Below, piece by piece: positions 60,552 through 64,000 of a DNA stretch of 64,000 nucleotides. Position 1 is the first letter of the stretch. The number at the start of each line of letters is the position of its first letter. The position numbers were made by a program, and so were the translations under genes. Location: assembly GCA_036867785.1 (NCBI GenBank), contig CP145419.1, positions 496,001 through 560,000 on the forward strand. The letters are read 5' to 3'. Origin of the DNA: Plasmodiophora brassicae (lineage: Eukaryota). The notes under the pieces were generated by a model. The model was given only the letters and a program-made list of their open reading frames with translations, did not search any database and was not told the DNA's origin.

Positions 60552-62237
60552 TCAGTTCCTGAATCCGCGAGAAGAAGCATTGGAGAACAGCGGGCGGAAC
60601 TTCTGCCTCTGTTTCGAGGACGGCGTGCGGGTAACCATTTGCGCATGGACGGCATCCCAGTTCGGTGGTGACAACGTCACCGGCACTGGTATCTGGTACT
60701 CTTCGTAACAAGCGACGTCGTCGACTCCGTCGTATTCTTCCAGCGACAATGCAGTCGGCTCCACAGGCGACGAGGGCAAACACGGTCCAAGTGTTGGGCT
60801 CCGGTTCGCCCATGCCGAATGAATAATGGGCGATCGACGGCTCACGCCCGTTGGCGTCGACATCAGCGACGGGAAACTTTCGTCGTCATCGACTTGTGGC
60901 ACAGGAGACGGACGCCGAGCCGGTATGTTGATTGGAGGTGATTGCAGCATCTCCTTTCGTCGCTGCAGCCGCATGTCTAACGCTTGGGCGCGCCGCTGCT
61001 CCTCGAGACGGGCCGCCTCACGCGCCGCCATCTCTTCCGAGAACGCGTCGACCGTCGTTTCGGAAAGTTCGTCGTTGATGTTCAGCTCAGCGATCACGAA
61101 CGTCGTCGACAGCGGGAGGTGACGAAGGAATCGGAACCGCTTGCGGATCTCCTCCGTTTGCGTGTACGATGTCATATGCAGGACGGTGCCCTGGATGTGG
61201 ATGGGAAAACGATCGGATGAGCCGAACTCATAGGTCAGGGCACGGAAGTTGATGCTGTGCAGGAACAAGGGCGACCCATCACTGGACTGGTAAAAGTAGT
61301 GTACGTCGGTACCCGCATCGGCCGCTGATGGATCGTTATCGATGGCGGTAATCGCCTCCAGGTTCATCGAATCGTCGCCCTGTCCAGGCGGCCACGACAT
61401 CGCCCTTTCACGAACCGATTCCAGGCTGGCGTGGATGGCCGCCCGCGTCATTGGACATTCATCGCAATTGTCCAGCGCCGCTTCCAGCTCGGCGACCTCC
61501 CGCTTGAGAACGTCGCCGATGCATCGCGATTTGAGCAGGCGCGTGAACACGCGTTCTTCCGACGAATCGACCGGACAAGGCCGGCCTCGCGGTCCATCGC
61601 GTTTCAATAGCGACATGCTCACAACGTCGCCCACAGCGACCGACCCGCTTACAACAAACTGGACCGAGCGCAGGTCGTCCGGTTTGGCAGGCGCGAAACA
61701 CAGCGGGCAACGAACGCTGCGGTCGACATATGTCTCGACGTGACGAAGAATGCAGGGAGCGCAGAAAACGTGCCCACAGCGAGTAACACGCGCGGCAACC
61801 GGAGGCGAGAAGCAAATGGGACAGTCGTCAATGGACCCACCCGACGCCGAACAGAGAACAACCTCGACATGCGTCCATGGGATCTCTTCCTCGTCCATCA
61901 GCGTCGTTGTGATCTCGACATCGTCGCGCACCACGAACCTGAACCGGGAATTGACGAAATTGTCAGGGTCGAACGGCGCGATCTGATGCGGCGGCGGCGA
62001 ATGCGACCAGGCGTCATCGGCGGCGTTCATCATCATCGCCGTCGAATACCGATGCGATTCCGTCAAGCGCACACTGGGCCGGGATCGATGCGCTCTCGCA
62101 TGGGTGAGCGCCCCGGGGCTGCCGTTGTAGGCGGGGGCCACCCGCTTGACGCCATGGTTGTTGTGGTTGGACGCGCGGACCCGATGACGCTGCTTGGCGA
62201 AGACCTTCAGGTTCCGTTCGCAGAGCGCAATGTCCAT
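60552..62237 (-). CDS. RNF10: RING finger protein 10 / Mag2-like E3 ligase; start uncertain (62237 or about 62037)
   Basis: NFVNSRFRFVV, IPWTHVEVV, CPICFSPPVAARVTRCGHVFCAPCILRH..CPLC, YFYQSSDG.P.FLHSINFRAL..EFG, RKRFRFLRHLPL. Confidence 0.9.
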   Translation of the reverse strand: MDIALCERNLKVFAKQRHRVRASNHNNHGVKRVAPAYNGSPGALTHARAHRSRPSVRLTESHRYSTAMMMNAADDAWSHSPPPHQIAPFDPDNFVNSRFRFVVRDDVEITTTLMDEEEIPWTHVEVVLCSASGGSIDDCPICFSPPVAARVTRCGHVFCAPCILRHVETYVDRSVRCPLCFAPAKPDDLRSVQFVVSGSVAVGDVVSMSLLKRDGPRGRPCPVDSSEERVFTRLLKSRCIGDVLKREVAELEAALDNCDECPMTRAAIHASLESVRERAMSWPPGQGDDSMNLEAITAIDNDPSAADAGTDVHYFYQSSDGSPLFLHSINFRALTYEFGSSDRFPIHIQGTVLHMTSYTQTEEIRKRFRFLRHLPLSTTFVIAELNINDELSETTVDAFSEEMAAREAARLEEQRRAQALDMRLQRRKEMLQSPPINIPARRPSPVPQVDDDESFPSLMSTPTGVSRRSPIIHSAWANRSPTLGPCLPSSPVEPTALSLEEYDGVDDVACYEEYQIPVPVTLSPPNWDAVHAQMVTRTPSSKQRQKFRPLFSNASSRGFRN

Positions 62238-62845
62238 CAACCGGCGTCCGCGCCCCCCCGCACACGCACACAGCAGACCGCACCCGGCGGCGACCGACGA
62301 ACCGCCTCGTCCCGCACCGGCACCGACTACAGAATGTCGCGGAAGAGCGACTTCAGGCGGCGCGGCCCCCGATCCGGTAACGTGGGCGCTGCGGTCACGC
62401 GGGTAGCTCCCAAAATGGGCGGGCGCGACGGTCGGGTGCCCGTTATGGGGCGGGGCGTGCCTGACGCGCGTTCCAGAACAATTCCCGCTGGCGGCAATGT
62501 GTGCGGAGGGCTGACACTGCAGGCGCCGAACGTGGCTCGGAAAGCCGAAGGGGGTTGGTGGTGGTGGTGGTGGTGGTGCCGGCCCTGGTCGTACGGGCAG
62601 GGAACTCTGCACGCACCCCTGGGCTGAGCAGAGGTCGGGTTTTAGCGCGCGCTGTGACGGGCAGTGCGGGAAAACGACTGCCCGCTGTGTGCTGCCTGCA
62701 TGGTCACCTGGGTCCAGAGCGCCAGCCGCGTGTCCCCGTGGCCCCTTCAGCGGATGCAATGTGCAGTCCAGGTTGTTGGCGCCAGGCAGGCAGGCAGGCG
62801 CGGGCGGGGCCGAAGTCCGTTGCGGCGGGCGGAGCGCGTTAATGG

Positions 62846-64000
62846 ATGCCAGCGCCGATCGCGCTGATCGAGCTCGTTGATCAAGCCTGTCGGATCGGGT
62901 CGGCGTCTCATATGATCCGGCAGGCGTTGCAGGTCGTTGCGGCGCGCGCATCGGCTCGTCTAGCAATCGCGCTGATTCGACGATTGGAAGGTTGCCGACG
63001 AAGACGATAGCGTCGACTGGGGTGCCGCGTGTGCCGCGCTAATCGCTCGAGTGTCGAGAGGGAGCCTGCCGGCTGGCGGCAGTAAAGAGGAGGAAGAACG
63101 CGACGACGAGCGATCCCGATGGTACGCGCTAGTTCTATGCGAGACGCTGTTCATCCACCATCGGCCGTTCCGGGTCGGAAGCCTGTCGAGACTCAGAGAC
63201 CTTGCTGCAGCGGCTCTTTCCGATAGCACATGCGTTCGGGAACGTTGCCTGGTTACCTTCAGTAGGGCGTATATGCGCAGGTGATGCATGTCGCCCTAAC
63301 ATCTTTCCAAAGGACGGTGGATGGCCCGTTTTCCTGGTGAGTGGCGATTACAGATTCTGCCCCTGTACGTGAGGAATGCGTTCCATCTGGAGATTCCGGA
63401 GGACCCTAGCGTAGCACGTCGAGAGGCCGTCTCGGACGGTCTGGCGTCTATGGAGGAGGTGTTCCTCGCTAAGGTTGTATGGCTGAAGCTGCGCCGCTGG
63501 TTGCACTTATGCGATGCGACAGACGAGCCGACTGAGCGACGCAGTTCAAGAATTACAAACCTGCTTCGAGATCGTTATTCCTGACATTGGCATGAACCCG
63601 GCGTCAAGTGGCGACCCGATGCTGAGTGCCCTTGCGACTGGTGATGTCGTCGACGAGTTCTCTGACGTCGAGATTCAGGTTTCCAGGTTGGTTACATGCC
63701 CTATGCGCATGATGAAGCTTTAAATTGGTCATCGTCTATTTAGTGACGAGTGGGATGCCAGCGATGCCGACGATTTTGACGAAGACGATTTGCAGTGGCC
63801 AGCGGCTTCATCGACAGGGGCGCCTGCTGTCAACGTTGCGGTTGAGATTTCCAGAGACCTGACCGGTGTGTCTTCATCGCATAATCAAACCGTGTTCGAC
63901 GCCATGCGCGACCTCCAGAAAGAACTCAAAGTTGCCAGGTACACGCGTCTCGCAGATTCTACGATGGCAATTGAAACGGCGCGCCTAGACCGGAGCTTCA
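62846..64000 (+). CDS. UVSSA: UV-stimulated scaffold protein A-like (N-terminal part), multi-exon, runs off the window
   Basis: RWYALVLCETLFIHHRPFR (cf. the UVSSA VHS-like R..A..I..ELF.RS..FR), RWMARF, VQELQTCFEIVIPD, acidic stretch, HNQTVFDAMRDL; intron 62933-62990 joins in frame. Confidence 0.55.

Noticed and set aside
59947-62237. Adjacency of RPS18 and RNF10 (40S quality-control ligase) as a functional cluster
   Set aside because: Convergent genes in a gene-dense genome; there is no evidence beyond proximity.
62238-62966. 5' extension of the 804-aa ORF upstream of RNF10
   Set aside because: GC-rich, low-complexity sequence spanning the likely shared promoter and overlapping the UVSSA-like start; probably untranslated.

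Overview
This is a gene-dense, GC-rich eukaryotic (protist) genomic window with about 35 genes, short (mostly 45-70 nt) GT-AG introns and short intergenic gaps. The style resembles a phytomyxid such as Plasmodiophora brassicae (inference only, not verifiable here). Recognisable housekeeping genes are SF3B4, EMC8/9, BRAP2, a P3A H+-ATPase, ATG18/WIPI, P5CS, SAHH, RUS1, aprataxin, GlyRS, PCH2, TMEM41, two divergent HSP20s, ARMC6, an MFS transporter, RPS18, RNF10, a partial UVSSA-like gene and tRNA-Gln(CTG). The most unusual item is an accessory island (about 48.8-55.0 kb) holding a signal-peptide + saposin-like + HECT E3 ligase gene directly downstream of a secreted Cys-rich glycine-zipper protein, a candidate effector pair. 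Other unusual items are an intronless GIY-YIG + double zinc-knuckle gene of a type common in giant viruses, a disordered protein combining PAM2-like motifs with a CaaX box, a neurobeachin-like giant protein lacking PH-BEACH-WD40, a BRF/TFIIB-like gene with no zinc ribbon beside an inverted pair of gag-like remnants, and an intron-containing acetylpolyamine amidohydrolase. Exon boundaries were inferred by eye, so some starts and ends are approximate.
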